From positions 1-41,025 of the forward strand of contig CAZPOY010000001.1 in the NCBI GenBank assembly GCA_964588345.1: a stretch of DNA of 41,025 bases, in the 5' to 3' direction. The notes below the pieces were generated by a model that saw nothing but the letters and a program-made list of their open reading frames with translations, did no database searches and had not been told where the DNA came from. The DNA is from an uncultured Thermoplasmata archaeon. GTDB lineage: Archaea > Thermoplasmatota > Thermoplasmata > CAZPOY01. Shown here piece after piece: positions 29,001-37,592 of the stretch (within the stretch, counting starts at the first letter, position 1; each line of letters begins with the position of its first letter). The position numbers were made by a program, and so were the translations under genes.

Positions 29001-32000
29001 CGGCGTGTATATGGAAGGGCAGTCTTACTTCCGCATTGAGAACTTCGAGATGCAGAGGAATGAAATCAATGCCTCCAATTATGGAATATATCTGTACGAA
29101 ATCGATGAACTCGCATACTACAACTACGAATCGTCGGTGGCCGTTTACGGCGACTTCCTGGTCTGCGACAATAACATTCTTTCCGGCAACGATGGGTTTT
29201 ACAATAGATACGTCGAATATCTGGCCTATTACATGTATGACAATTCTGTGGCCTATTTCGGCGATTTTCGATTCAACAACAACACCATCAATTCCACTGG
29301 AGGTACGGGAATGTATTTCTATCGTAGTTGGTACGAAAACGCATATAACATGTACGAAAACTCCAGGGCGTATTTCGGCAAGTTCCAGATAAATGACAAC
29401 ACGATTAATGCTTCTTCCTACGGCATTGAGTTCGATTATTATTACGAGGTAGGCGCTTACATGGACGATAACTCATACGCTGAGTTCGGTAATTTCGAAA
29501 TGTGCAGGAACGACATCACGTCTGGTTCCGATGGAATTTACCTCTATGAATGGTACTACGTGGGTTATGAGAATGAGCATAACAGCAAGGTATATTTCGG
29601 CGACTTCCTCTTTAACAACAACACGATTGACGCAGGAGAAGAGGGCATTTACATATACGCTTTCTATTACTGGGGTTCTGAAATGTACGATTTGTCCGAA
29701 GCACATTTCGGCGACATACAATTTAACGGCAACCACATAACCTCTGGATATGAGGGCATATACATCTATTATTTCGAATGCTTCGGATATTATCTGTATG
29801 TAGGAAACAACGTTACATTTGGAGACCTTGAAGTGAATGAAAACAACATAACTTCAGGTTTATCGGGTACTTATGGTGGCGTATACGTTGGATATCTTGA
29901 TTATTTAGGATACGATTTGAGTGTTGATTCCTATTTCAGCTTCGGCAACATCGAATACTGTAATAACACAGTAAACGCCACGGACGAAGGGTTCTATCTC
30001 GATTATTTCCAATACTGGGGCTATTACCTCTATGGAACATCTGAAGTGCATATGGGCGATTTCCTGTTTAACGACAATCACATTACATCTGGAGACGACG
30101 GCCTGTACATCGATTATCTTTATTATCTGGGATACGAAATGGACGATTCTTCGGTATTCACCTTCGGAAACATCGAAATAAACCGAAACTGGGTGAACGC
30201 TGGGTCTGATGGTTTATACACGTACATGGAATACTTCGGCAGTGAAATGTACGGTCAGAGCCGGGCCACCTTCGGATACTTCCAGATGAACGAAAACAAC
30301 ATCACTTCGGTGGATGTGGGTCTGGACCTCGACGACTTTTACCAGATGGGCAGTTACATGTACGATAGTTCATACTTCTCGTTCGGCGACGTTGAAATTC
30401 GATATAACGTCGTCAACAGTACCAATAGTAATGGAATCGATTGCGACCTCGAATATCTTGCCTATTATATGTATGACCAGGCCCAGGCGCATTACGGTGA
30501 TTTCCTCTTTAACCAAAACGAGATTGTGTCAGATGGTCATGGAATATACATCGATTACTGGGATGATTTCGCTTCTTATATGTACGGCGACAACCTGGCG
30601 ACCTTCGGCGATTTCGAGGTGAACAACAACACCATCGACTCCAACGGCAGCGGAATTTATCATGAGTACATCTATGACTGGGGCTACGAAATGTATCAAG
30701 ATTCGTACGCTTCATTCGGCCACGTGCAGTTCAATGACAACATCATCTTTGCGGGAAACAATGTGACGTCTTCTTACGGCATCTTTATTTACGAATTCGA
30801 TCACATTGGCTCGTACATGTATGGAAATTCCCATGTACAGTTCGAAAACTGGGAAATGTTGAGGAACGTGGTTACTTCTACGTCTACTGGAATTGACGTC
30901 GAGTACATCGAATACTGCGGATACGAAATGTACCAGAACTCCAGGGCGGAGTTTGGCGACATCCTCATCAATGAAAACGACATCATATCCGGGTACAATG
31001 GCATTTACATCTACGAATACATGTACAATGGATACTATATGTATGACAATGCCGTGGCCATTTTCCAGGATTTTGAGATAAACGACAATGTGGTGTCTTG
31101 CGAAAATGACGGCATCAAACTTTCCGACTGGAATTACATCGGTTATAACTGCAACAATTACTCCTATGCGGAATTCGGCGACTTCAACATCTGCGGGAAC
31201 GACGTCACGTCCAATTCGAGCTACGGCATATACGTCTATCTATACGATGTCGCTTCTACCATGGCTGGTCATGCGGAAGTCGTGATGGGCGATTGGAACG
31301 TATGCGACAATGTCGTCTCGTCCAACGATTCGGCCATATACTTCTATACATACGAAATCGGTTATTGGAACCAAGGAGACACCACGGCGCACATCGGTGA
31401 CTTGAGAATTACCGACAACGACGCTTTCAGCAGGAACGACACGGCCATACTGGCCTATTGGTGGTATTGGGCTGGCTACTCGCTTTATGAAAATGCCCAA
31501 GTCGAGTTCGGCCACCAGTGGATTTGCAACAATACTGCAGAGAGCCATTCCAACGATTCCTTTGAATACGGCATCGAAACGGGGCCCATGTATGCAGGAT
31601 ACAATGTTTTAGACAATTCGTATGCTTCTTTTGGAAATTCCTGGGTAACCGACAACCAGATTACAACAACAGGTTGCGACGGCTTCACCTACAATTATTA
31701 CAACGTGGCCGTGAACCTTGCCACATCCTTACTGCCTGAAAACCGGGCGAGGGTGATTATGGGGGATACGATAATCCACATGAACACCATCGACGCAATG
31801 GGAGGTGACGGAGCATACATCTATGGTGACCACATCGGAAATAGCATATACGACTATGCCAACGTTTCACTGGGAGACATCTTCTTCACGGAAAACCAGG
31901 TCTCGTCGGACCAGACTGCATTGGTCGTAGAGATGATGGACGTGGGATACAGCATCTTCAACCATGCAGTTGCAGAGACATGCGGGGTTTATATTCAGGA

Positions 32001-35000
32001 CAACGTCCTCCAAGGTTCTTACGAGGGATTGTCTTTCTATTCGGACTACGTCGGTTACAACCTTCGCGATTACAGCACCGCAAATCTCGGTTCGTGGGAG
32101 ATAACGGGCAACGACGTAACGGGAGATGTGAACGGCATCAACATGACCCTGTACTGGCTATTCGTGGACCTTGACAATTACGCTTCCGCTTCGATGGACC
32201 ATATTCTGCTGGATGCGAATTCCATCACATGCAACGGTACGGCCATAAACGTATCAATGGTAGAATCGGTATATGTGTATGGAGAGGCATTTCTGGCACC
32301 ACCAGACCTGATATTCAGCAACCACGCCCTCTCAGGAATGGATACGGGAATCGCCTTTAATGGCACAAGCTTGCCCGGAAGTATCAACGGGGCCGCCACG
32401 GTCGAAGATAGCGACTTCCTCATTGAATACAACGACTTCTCCAATGCCAGACGTGGCGCGTACATCAGCTTCGAGTCGCTCCCGGCAATGGAGGTCATGC
32501 AACCCACCTTCATGATAAGGGACAACTCCGTGGTCAGCGGAGCCACTGGTGAAAGCGCCGGATTCGAATTCTACAACACCACAAGGGCGATACTGGACCG
32601 CTGTTTCACCGACAACGTCAATTACTCCATCATGGCCAACAATTCCGGCATCTATACGCTCAACGGCACATTCCAGAACATGCTTACTGCAGATTTCTAC
32701 CTTGAAAACCGTTCAAACATTTATGCCGTCAACAACACCGACGGCAACGCAACCGTCTTCGATGACGCATTAAGCCGATTCTACCGGGGCTGGTTCATGA
32801 ACGTCCGCGTAGAAAGCACTGCGGGACTTCCCGTTCCCACTGCAAGCGTATCCGTAAAGGATGCGTATGGAACCGAAATGTTCAACGGCACAACCGGCCA
32901 GGATGGCTACTGCTGGTACACGCAGGCATACGAGTTCATGGAGAACAACAGTGGCGTCCAGGAATTCTACAATCCGCACAATGCTTCCGCATGGAAGGGT
33001 GTGGCCAGTGGCTACGCAGTTCCAGAACCGGTTATGGATACATCCAAAGTGGTCATCATCGTTCTTGGCGATTCCACGCCTCCCGTTTTCGTCAGCGATG
33101 ATTCGGACCCCGCCGGAACCACAGGCGACCCATACTCCTTTGAAGCGACGATTACCGACGACGTGGGATTCTACCAGGTCTGGGTGCATTACCAGTACGG
33201 TGCCGGACCCGTTTTGGACGGCCAGATGGAATACGACTGGAGATGGCACTTTGACCTCGCCCTCAGAACGGATTTCGTGGGTATCGTCACGTATAATTAC
33301 GAAGCCATTGACGTGGGGAACCATGTCATCACCTCGGGCAACTTCCAGATGACGGTGACCGACAACGATTCGCCGATTCTTCTTTCGGACAATTCAGACA
33401 GAGCCGGCTTTGGCGGTGCCACTTATGATATAAACGTGGAAGCCGAAGACAACGTCGGTCTCAACAACGTTTATGCGGAGTACTGGTACGACGGCGGTGC
33501 GAAGACCAACGTGACCCTTTCGGGCACAAGCACGTACACAACGACAATCACCCTGCAGTCCTCACCCCTCACGACCTTCGATTACAAGGTGACCGGCGTT
33601 GATGCCGCGGGCAACTGGTTTGCCGGGAAAGTGCAGGAAGTACCCGTATTCGTTGATGGTTCCACCGGTTCGGCCACCACGGGAGACGATTTCTCCTTCA
33701 ACATGCTCGGTTCCATGTCCATTTACGACGCTCATCTGAACTACTGGTACGGAGGCGGACCCATCACGAACGTCAGCATGGGGGCCGGTCCTTATGAATG
33801 CAATACGACGGTTCCACATCAAATTACGACCCTCAACTACCAAATTGTCGTATATGACGGATTGCGCTGGATTCATTCAGAAATCGTGACCAAGAACATC
33901 ATTGACAACGACCTGCCGGAGATGGCTTCAGATGCCACGGATACCACGGCTGAAACGGGCAACCCCTTCACCTTCCAATTCACTTTGACTGACAACGTAG
34001 GCGTAGAGAATGCCACGCTGAGTTACTGGTTCGGAATGGGAAACGTGACCACGGTCACATTGAACGGAACGGGGCCACACAATCATGTCATCCCCATCCC
34101 CGTCAATTCCACCGAGACCCTGCGATACACCATTACGATATACGACACCTCGGGCAATGTCAGGGCGCTGCCCCAGGAGAACCTGCCCGTGGTGGATGTC
34201 CTTCCGCCATCGGGTTTCTCCGACCAGTCAGACGCAGTGGCCACCACAGGCGACATATACTCCTTCTCGGTGAACATATACGACAACATCAACATCTCCG
34301 CCGTTCACGTGGTCTACTGGTACGACGGATACGGCATCTCCAATTCGACGATGTACGGTTCCCAGCCATACGAACTTCTGATAACGGCCTTCCCCAACAC
34401 GGTCCAGCCGATGCATTACTACGTGGCTGCCACTGATGATGCGGGAAACTGGTTCATAAGTTCCCAGGTCGAAATACCCGTGACGGACAACGACGCGCCG
34501 GTCCTCTTGCAAGACGCAAGCGATGCCGAAGGATATACGGGTGCACCTTACGACTTCAACTTCACGCTGGAAGACAACATTGCCGTTGCCAATGCACATC
34601 TTGTTTACTGGTACGGCACCGACGCCCCCGTCAATGAAACCCTCACGGAAACCGATGGAAATCATCTTTTCACCACGACCCCGCCTCTTTCATCCACCCA
34701 AACCCTGCATTATTACGTAACATCCGTGGATGACGCAGGAAACTGGATGATGGGACAGACCATCAACATACCGATAATCGACAACATCGCTCCTTCGGGC
34801 TTCAACGACCTTTCCGATGCGGCTGCCACCACGGGTGACCTCTTCACCTTTGAAGCCGACGTTTCTGACAACGTAGGCGTCGATGAAGTGCACGTCGTTT
34901 ACTGGTACGGAAGCGGCACGCCGGTGAATGCAACGTTGGATTCTAACGCGACATACGCCATGTCCACCGACGTTCCCCACGCCTTGGACGTTCTCCAATA

Positions 35001-37518
35001 CTACTTTGCGGTGGTTGACGAATCGGAGAACTGGCTGGTGACCGACCAGGTCAACGTCACCGTCACCGACAACGATGCCCCGGTTTTGACGGACCTTTCA
35101 GACGACGAAGGATACACGGGTTACGATTTCACATTTGAATTCAACGCATCGGACAACATCGGCCTTGAAAATCTGTACCTTGAATACTGGTTTGGAACGG
35201 AAACCCCGGTCAACGTGATAATGAACGAGTCCACGGGTTATTCACTGGTCTTGTCGATAGAAGGCAATCAGACGGGCAATCTCGCCTACACCGTTTTAGT
35301 GGAGGATACGTCGGGCAACTCATACTCGCAGGATGAAGTGACCGTCCCCATCAGGATGTCCTTCTCGCAGGCCGACCTTCAGGACATGTCCATGACGGAG
35401 GCATACACGGGTGACCCCTTCACCTTCGCGGTTGAACTTTCAGGTAATCTTTCTGCCCAGGACGTTTATGCCATTTATTGGTACGGAAGCGGTGAAAAGA
35501 CCAATGAAACCATGGCAGGGACGACGAACTATTCCCTGGACATAACGGTCCGCTGGAACACCACCGAGAACCTGCGATACAAGTTCATAATACACGGTGC
35601 CGACGACAACTGGTATTACGGACCCGAATACCACGTCCCCGTTCAGGACAACGACGCCCCGTGGCTGGGAGTGGATTATTCGGACGGAGAAGCATACCAG
35701 GGGCGGTCATTTACATTCCAAACGGAAGCCGATGACAACATTGGAGTTTCCCAGGTCCGGGTCATCTACAAATACACCAACGGGACCCAACAGAACGTTT
35801 CGCTGTCCGACGATGGGTCTGTTTACACAACTTCGATAATCATACCCGGGGATGAAGAGGGAAATATTACCTATCGCTTCCTCGTAGAAGACACCTCTGG
35901 CAACTGGTTCGAGGGTGAAAACGAGTCCATGGAGATATTGGATTCGACCTACACGGCAGACATCATGGACCTTTCCGATGCGTCGGGTCAGACCGGCGGC
36001 ATCTTCACATTCCGTGCGGAACTTGTAGCCAACAGCACGTTGCAGGAAATAAGCGTGATATACTGGTATGGAGCAGGTTCCAAGGTTCGTTCGCCTCTTG
36101 AAGGAAGCGGGCCATTCGCACTGGACATTACGATACCCGAGAATTCCGTGGCTGACCTTCATTATTACTTCAATGCAAGTGACGGGGCGGGCAACTACGT
36201 CGAAACCGTTGAAAAGTCCGTACCCGTGATTGATACGATAAACCCCACCATCGTTACGGATTCCACCCATGAAGATGCCTACGCGGGAGAAACGTTGCGC
36301 TTTGCCGTGGGTGCTTGGGACAACATCGCCATATACGAAGTGTATTTGACATACGCCATCGGCTCAGGGACCTCGCAGGAAGTGCTCATTGGCGATACCG
36401 TTTCTTCGAGTCATGAAATTCCCATCCCCGTAGATGCCACGGGCACCGTAACATACGCCTTCCGGGTCACGGACCAGGCAGGCAACGAAGCGACGTCACA
36501 GGAAGTTGACATCGACATTCTCGACCGGATACCACCTCAACTCATCCAGGACCTCACCCCCATGACCGCATCCACATCGGGACAGCTGACCTTTGAAATC
36601 GAAGCAACGGACAACATAGCCGTCGGATCCGTCACGGTGACATACTGGGCAGCAAACATTACGGAAACGGTGATCACTCTGACGGAGGTGGACGGCACCT
36701 ATCAGGAAACCATCACCATTCCATCGAACCTGCTAGACGCCCTTCATTACCAGGTCAACGTCACAGATACGTCAGGCAATTATGCCACAAGTGCCAGTGA
36801 GAGCGTATTCATAATCGACGGCGACATACCCGAAATGGGCACGGACGGGTCCGATGCTACGGGACAGGCCGGTGAATCCTTCACCTTCGAAACGGGCGTT
36901 AGCGACAACGGCGAGATTGCCTCGGTTTATGCAGTATATACCTACGAGGGCGATGATACGGAGCATCGGCTTCTTCTCACGGAAGAGGACGGCGTTTGGA
37001 CCGGAACGTTCATACCATCGGAAGAAGGCGCAATGACATACCATTTCGAAGCCGTGGACCGGGCCGGGAACGTTGCAACGAGTGCCCAAAACAGCGTGAC
37101 CCTGGACCCTGCGGACGCCGATGCAGGTGGAGATGAAACCAGCGACGGAATGCCCATCTGGCCCTTCATCGTCATAATCATACTGGTGATAATCATCATA
37201 ATCCTCCTCGTCCTTCTTTTGATGAAGGGCAAGGGTGGCGAAGAAGAGCCAATGGAACCCAAAGAGGTCGATGAAGGAGATTGGGAACCGGAAGACGAAG
37301 CATTGGCCGCGGGAACGGTTGCATCCGAAGGGGAGACCGGCGAAGGAACGGATGATGAAGAAATCGGTGAAGGCGAGGGAACGGAAGAGACAGATGCCGG
37401 GGAAACCGAAGAAGAAATTGAAGAAGAGGAAGAAACCCCGGAGGACGTCGAAGAGCCAGCGGAAGAAACCGATGAAGAGTCAGCCGAAGAAACCGACGAG
37501 GAAGATTGGGCCTCCTGA
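23026..37518 (+). CDS. Giant (~4830 aa) cell-surface protein: signal peptide, beta-helix, 2x LamG, long 37-residue solenoid array, CarboxypepD_reg-like domain, 14 Ig-like modules, TM anchor, acidic tail
   Basis: A single uninterrupted ORF. ATG at 23026 gives 'MYKNVRVLNITACIVVILFLATLAGAGS'. LamG-type blocks are 'AAWYRMDEE..DSSGNGNNG..DDVRIYNRVMTPAEI' (about 23730-24345) and 'YRLDEE..DSSGNGYDG..IDEVRMYHEALTPSQI' (about 24555-25180). 'VRVESTAGLPVPTASVSVKDAYGTEMFNGTTGQDGYCWY' lies at about 32790-32920. The TM is 'PIWPFIVIIILVIIIIILLVLLLM'. Confidence 0.85.
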   Translation: MYKNVRVLNITACIVVILFLATLAGAGSNSLGETYDHQDTALLPIYNPSTGVYYDSFSNALADASSGDTLVVSHGTFNENLVIDGIEMNVEDSSFSLVGDISIKNGGVLNVDPTYVNLTGNIWVGAGELNITDNTVVQINSSYDGEFGIQVNATGEMYVQNGSVIRSGTAFNYGFVALDNSVLHITNSTISDCGWNDANPGIHTFTNDVLFQDSTITNSYNGLTIENYEGYSDPSLAAWYRMDEEQLTGAGEEVKDSSGNGNNGTSFGGVEIVDGYAGRGYRFNGGQQVQIPYDASINIYDTLTVSLWVKPDSHTDQKIVTKSISTTSGFILGISSSGELYPEVWDTGGARYSFEAGHVPIGEWSHVVFTWETGNQMAGYINGQQVDAVANGANNIGLTSTEHMRLGTTSWGGHYYDGDMDDVRIYNRVMTPAEINATYMNDNSDYFGGPIVKNVTVSNCNIGMESVYSTGFQVLNSNFSDNLQGLNIIGSSFVNIEESTISNLAPSNPVYNYRLDEEYENAWWDPVEDSSGNGYDGYYVGSSGPGIKGNSFECDGSSGQIYIPNDVGMDITGDFTIEAWFYLNETGRDQFIISKGHTGDPEDTTYEIYVNSTNFIKFGYEYGGGTNALMLNSTDPVSMGKWYHVAVVQNGLTSELYVNGEFNNSVGQVSIPGNNNRNIDIGARYNGAAGGITDFFNGYIDEVRMYHEALTPSQIAVHAQPISGAMVLDSSVGVILEKCTMADENVGAYLLNGSQVESYNGSFSAYSPFGLENGSDAYSLNNTGEVDAVYQDDASTLTVDNYLNVYVHDGTGPIIADVYSYDQQKNLELLGTTDATGWLNGTIMNYYTDDGSNRTYSTPHNIYADDLSPYYGSATVNMSSSQTVYINNTVSKVTNVNKAVSYPGIQLAVDDADDYDEILVHVGNVEENVIVDRPLEIHGDGSDKTNVNGGGTGPVFTIEADRVFLNRMNITNTGTGNYGVLAHNMSFGISYNTFYVEDDAVAINVSFNGTGDVYIPQTTFYDNDFNGTGGIRVHRFQVENLLPGSDVTLEPINVWMNEFNVNTFAAVNFGSMQIRDLDGGLVSLNRFSAMGNVIDNQGGDGILFNYDMRNLHDVGVLNDGAEIYGNKINVSRYGMLIGYEEMKDFTGSTAVFVGEVEIVDNFVTSGGLGISLSHSDYEDYYDDARATILDQTIFNNTVDAGNRGIYLDYYDQGADLFHNSQFSMGTTLVANNTVTSSGASVELYGDYRASNMHDFSSVSLGPVNIWNNSVNSSNQEGICLDMMSNGYQLYDRSNAEIGKMSIMYNDIEADFTGIRFQDCDRWGQDLHNNASVNIAGWTVHENTIYSHTSRGIDFEVNPIFRYHYDDSISYMGDILVTDNVVNASDSGIEFQIDYLGRTLEDNSITTFGDILVLRNNVISRAEEGIYFDGFDGWGQFLEENAVLESGDIVVEKNTVDSALYGIYYRDFYNFGADNEDYSSYTMGSMITDNNTIVSGDIGIYVRNLHQFGYSCDFPSESTFWMGDFSFCGNTIDSNSDGMKVEINEMGHRLQDGSQARFGNFLFDDNHIVSTGGNGINLNDWHTIGSDLSEDSSVRIGDVSVSRNNVTAFTFAITMNFWSDFGSDMNGTSSFAMGEVSVCENAIWNHSAGAIRNSMRRLGAYMYGQTQVSTGIWNYSGNDIMAGSGDGIEVGFIQCGYRMYEQSRFNMKDVTILGNTVNVSDAGIILYLRECSYQTRGSSRLSFGSFLVNENDVHTDDDGIYSGGSSYIGYGMKDKSSAVFGDFEINNNTVNTSVSGLTGITLDMNYVANEFYGDASMFMGHCQINDNDVTSNDNKGIYVESFNNVANYMYVNSRFHMENFEVCRNDVYSNHSGIYLGNATYLAYEMYDSSRADFGSFLFNWNHIESNSFGLRTYNIRHLADEMYDLSQAHFGDFEYNNNSVSSTDSALHIKYIYYWGTDLYGSNNVTFGHVQMNDNYLNSSNDGLYLYYFYDIGVYMEGQSYFRIENFEMQRNEINASNYGIYLYEIDELAYYNYESSVAVYGDFLVCDNNILSGNDGFYNRYVEYLAYYMYDNSVAYFGDFRFNNNTINSTGGTGMYFYRSWYENAYNMYENSRAYFGKFQINDNTINASSYGIEFDYYYEVGAYMDDNSYAEFGNFEMCRNDITSGSDGIYLYEWYYVGYENEHNSKVYFGDFLFNNNTIDAGEEGIYIYAFYYWGSEMYDLSEAHFGDIQFNGNHITSGYEGIYIYYFECFGYYLYVGNNVTFGDLEVNENNITSGLSGTYGGVYVGYLDYLGYDLSVDSYFSFGNIEYCNNTVNATDEGFYLDYFQYWGYYLYGTSEVHMGDFLFNDNHITSGDDGLYIDYLYYLGYEMDDSSVFTFGNIEINRNWVNAGSDGLYTYMEYFGSEMYGQSRATFGYFQMNENNITSVDVGLDLDDFYQMGSYMYDSSYFSFGDVEIRYNVVNSTNSNGIDCDLEYLAYYMYDQAQAHYGDFLFNQNEIVSDGHGIYIDYWDDFASYMYGDNLATFGDFEVNNNTIDSNGSGIYHEYIYDWGYEMYQDSYASFGHVQFNDNIIFAGNNVTSSYGIFIYEFDHIGSYMYGNSHVQFENWEMLRNVVTSTSTGIDVEYIEYCGYEMYQNSRAEFGDILINENDIISGYNGIYIYEYMYNGYYMYDNAVAIFQDFEINDNVVSCENDGIKLSDWNYIGYNCNNYSYAEFGDFNICGNDVTSNSSYGIYVYLYDVASTMAGHAEVVMGDWNVCDNVVSSNDSAIYFYTYEIGYWNQGDTTAHIGDLRITDNDAFSRNDTAILAYWWYWAGYSLYENAQVEFGHQWICNNTAESHSNDSFEYGIETGPMYAGYNVLDNSYASFGNSWVTDNQITTTGCDGFTYNYYNVAVNLATSLLPENRARVIMGDTIIHMNTIDAMGGDGAYIYGDHIGNSIYDYANVSLGDIFFTENQVSSDQTALVVEMMDVGYSIFNHAVAETCGVYIQDNVLQGSYEGLSFYSDYVGYNLRDYSTANLGSWEITGNDVTGDVNGINMTLYWLFVDLDNYASASMDHILLDANSITCNGTAINVSMVESVYVYGEAFLAPPDLIFSNHALSGMDTGIAFNGTSLPGSINGAATVEDSDFLIEYNDFSNARRGAYISFESLPAMEVMQPTFMIRDNSVVSGATGESAGFEFYNTTRAILDRCFTDNVNYSIMANNSGIYTLNGTFQNMLTADFYLENRSNIYAVNNTDGNATVFDDALSRFYRGWFMNVRVESTAGLPVPTASVSVKDAYGTEMFNGTTGQDGYCWYTQAYEFMENNSGVQEFYNPHNASAWKGVASGYAVPEPVMDTSKVVIIVLGDSTPPVFVSDDSDPAGTTGDPYSFEATITDDVGFYQVWVHYQYGAGPVLDGQMEYDWRWHFDLALRTDFVGIVTYNYEAIDVGNHVITSGNFQMTVTDNDSPILLSDNSDRAGFGGATYDINVEAEDNVGLNNVYAEYWYDGGAKTNVTLSGTSTYTTTITLQSSPLTTFDYKVTGVDAAGNWFAGKVQEVPVFVDGSTGSATTGDDFSFNMLGSMSIYDAHLNYWYGGGPITNVSMGAGPYECNTTVPHQITTLNYQIVVYDGLRWIHSEIVTKNIIDNDLPEMASDATDTTAETGNPFTFQFTLTDNVGVENATLSYWFGMGNVTTVTLNGTGPHNHVIPIPVNSTETLRYTITIYDTSGNVRALPQENLPVVDVLPPSGFSDQSDAVATTGDIYSFSVNIYDNINISAVHVVYWYDGYGISNSTMYGSQPYELLITAFPNTVQPMHYYVAATDDAGNWFISSQVEIPVTDNDAPVLLQDASDAEGYTGAPYDFNFTLEDNIAVANAHLVYWYGTDAPVNETLTETDGNHLFTTTPPLSSTQTLHYYVTSVDDAGNWMMGQTINIPIIDNIAPSGFNDLSDAAATTGDLFTFEADVSDNVGVDEVHVVYWYGSGTPVNATLDSNATYAMSTDVPHALDVLQYYFAVVDESENWLVTDQVNVTVTDNDAPVLTDLSDDEGYTGYDFTFEFNASDNIGLENLYLEYWFGTETPVNVIMNESTGYSLVLSIEGNQTGNLAYTVLVEDTSGNSYSQDEVTVPIRMSFSQADLQDMSMTEAYTGDPFTFAVELSGNLSAQDVYAIYWYGSGEKTNETMAGTTNYSLDITVRWNTTENLRYKFIIHGADDNWYYGPEYHVPVQDNDAPWLGVDYSDGEAYQGRSFTFQTEADDNIGVSQVRVIYKYTNGTQQNVSLSDDGSVYTTSIIIPGDEEGNITYRFLVEDTSGNWFEGENESMEILDSTYTADIMDLSDASGQTGGIFTFRAELVANSTLQEISVIYWYGAGSKVRSPLEGSGPFALDITIPENSVADLHYYFNASDGAGNYVETVEKSVPVIDTINPTIVTDSTHEDAYAGETLRFAVGAWDNIAIYEVYLTYAIGSGTSQEVLIGDTVSSSHEIPIPVDATGTVTYAFRVTDQAGNEATSQEVDIDILDRIPPQLIQDLTPMTASTSGQLTFEIEATDNIAVGSVTVTYWAANITETVITLTEVDGTYQETITIPSNLLDALHYQVNVTDTSGNYATSASESVFIIDGDIPEMGTDGSDATGQAGESFTFETGVSDNGEIASVYAVYTYEGDDTEHRLLLTEEDGVWTGTFIPSEEGAMTYHFEAVDRAGNVATSAQNSVTLDPADADAGGDETSDGMPIWPFIVIIILVIIIIILLVLLLMKGKGGEEEPMEPKEVDEGDWEPEDEALAAGTVASEGETGEGTDDEEIGEGEGTEETDAGETEEEIEEEEETPEDVEEPAEETDEESAEETDEEDWAS
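26384..32300 (+). repeat. Tandem coding repeat: 53 hand-segmented units of about 37 aa (~111 nt), consensus FGDFxxNxNxIxSxxxGIYxxYxxYxGYxMYDxSxAx
   Basis: Consecutive units include 'FGDFEYNNNSVSSTDSALHIKYIYYWGTDLYGSNNVT', 'FGHVQMNDNYLNSSNDGLYLYYFYDIGVYMEGQSYFR' and 'IENFEMQRNEINASNYGIYLYEIDELAYYNYESSVAV'. Units 20-43 (28477-31173) span 2697 nt for 24 units. Confidence 0.65.
33070..37100 (+). repeat. 14 tandem ~95-100-aa Ig-like modules (D-x-D-x-P ... TGD-x-F-x-F ... DN-x-G-V ... YWYG)
   Basis: Module starts include 'DSTPPVFVSDDSDPAGTTGDPYSFEATITDDVGF', 'DNDAPVLLQDASDAEGYTGAPYDFNFTLEDNIAV' and 'DNIAPSGFNDLSDAAATTGDLFTFEADVSDNVGV'. Spacing of starts at 34195/34486/34780/35068 is 288-294 nt. 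Confidence 0.6.
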
Positions 37519-37521
37519 GCC

Positions 37522-37545
37522 TTTTCTTCCTTTTTTTCTTTTTTT
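37522..37545 (+). terminator. Oligo-T tract after the giant gene (archaeal-type terminator candidate)
   Basis: 'ttttcttcctttttttctttttt' begins 4 nt after the TGA at 37516-37518. Confidence 0.35.
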
Positions 37546-37592
37546 ATGCCCCACTTCTAAAGAGGGTCCATTCTCAAGTTCCGTACATGAAA

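Noticed and set aside
23587-37262. Dozens of 60-205-aa minus-strand and off-frame ORFs inside the giant gene.
   Set aside because: They are shadows of a 14.5 kb uninterrupted frame whose translation shows coherent domain and repeat structure. None has independent signals.
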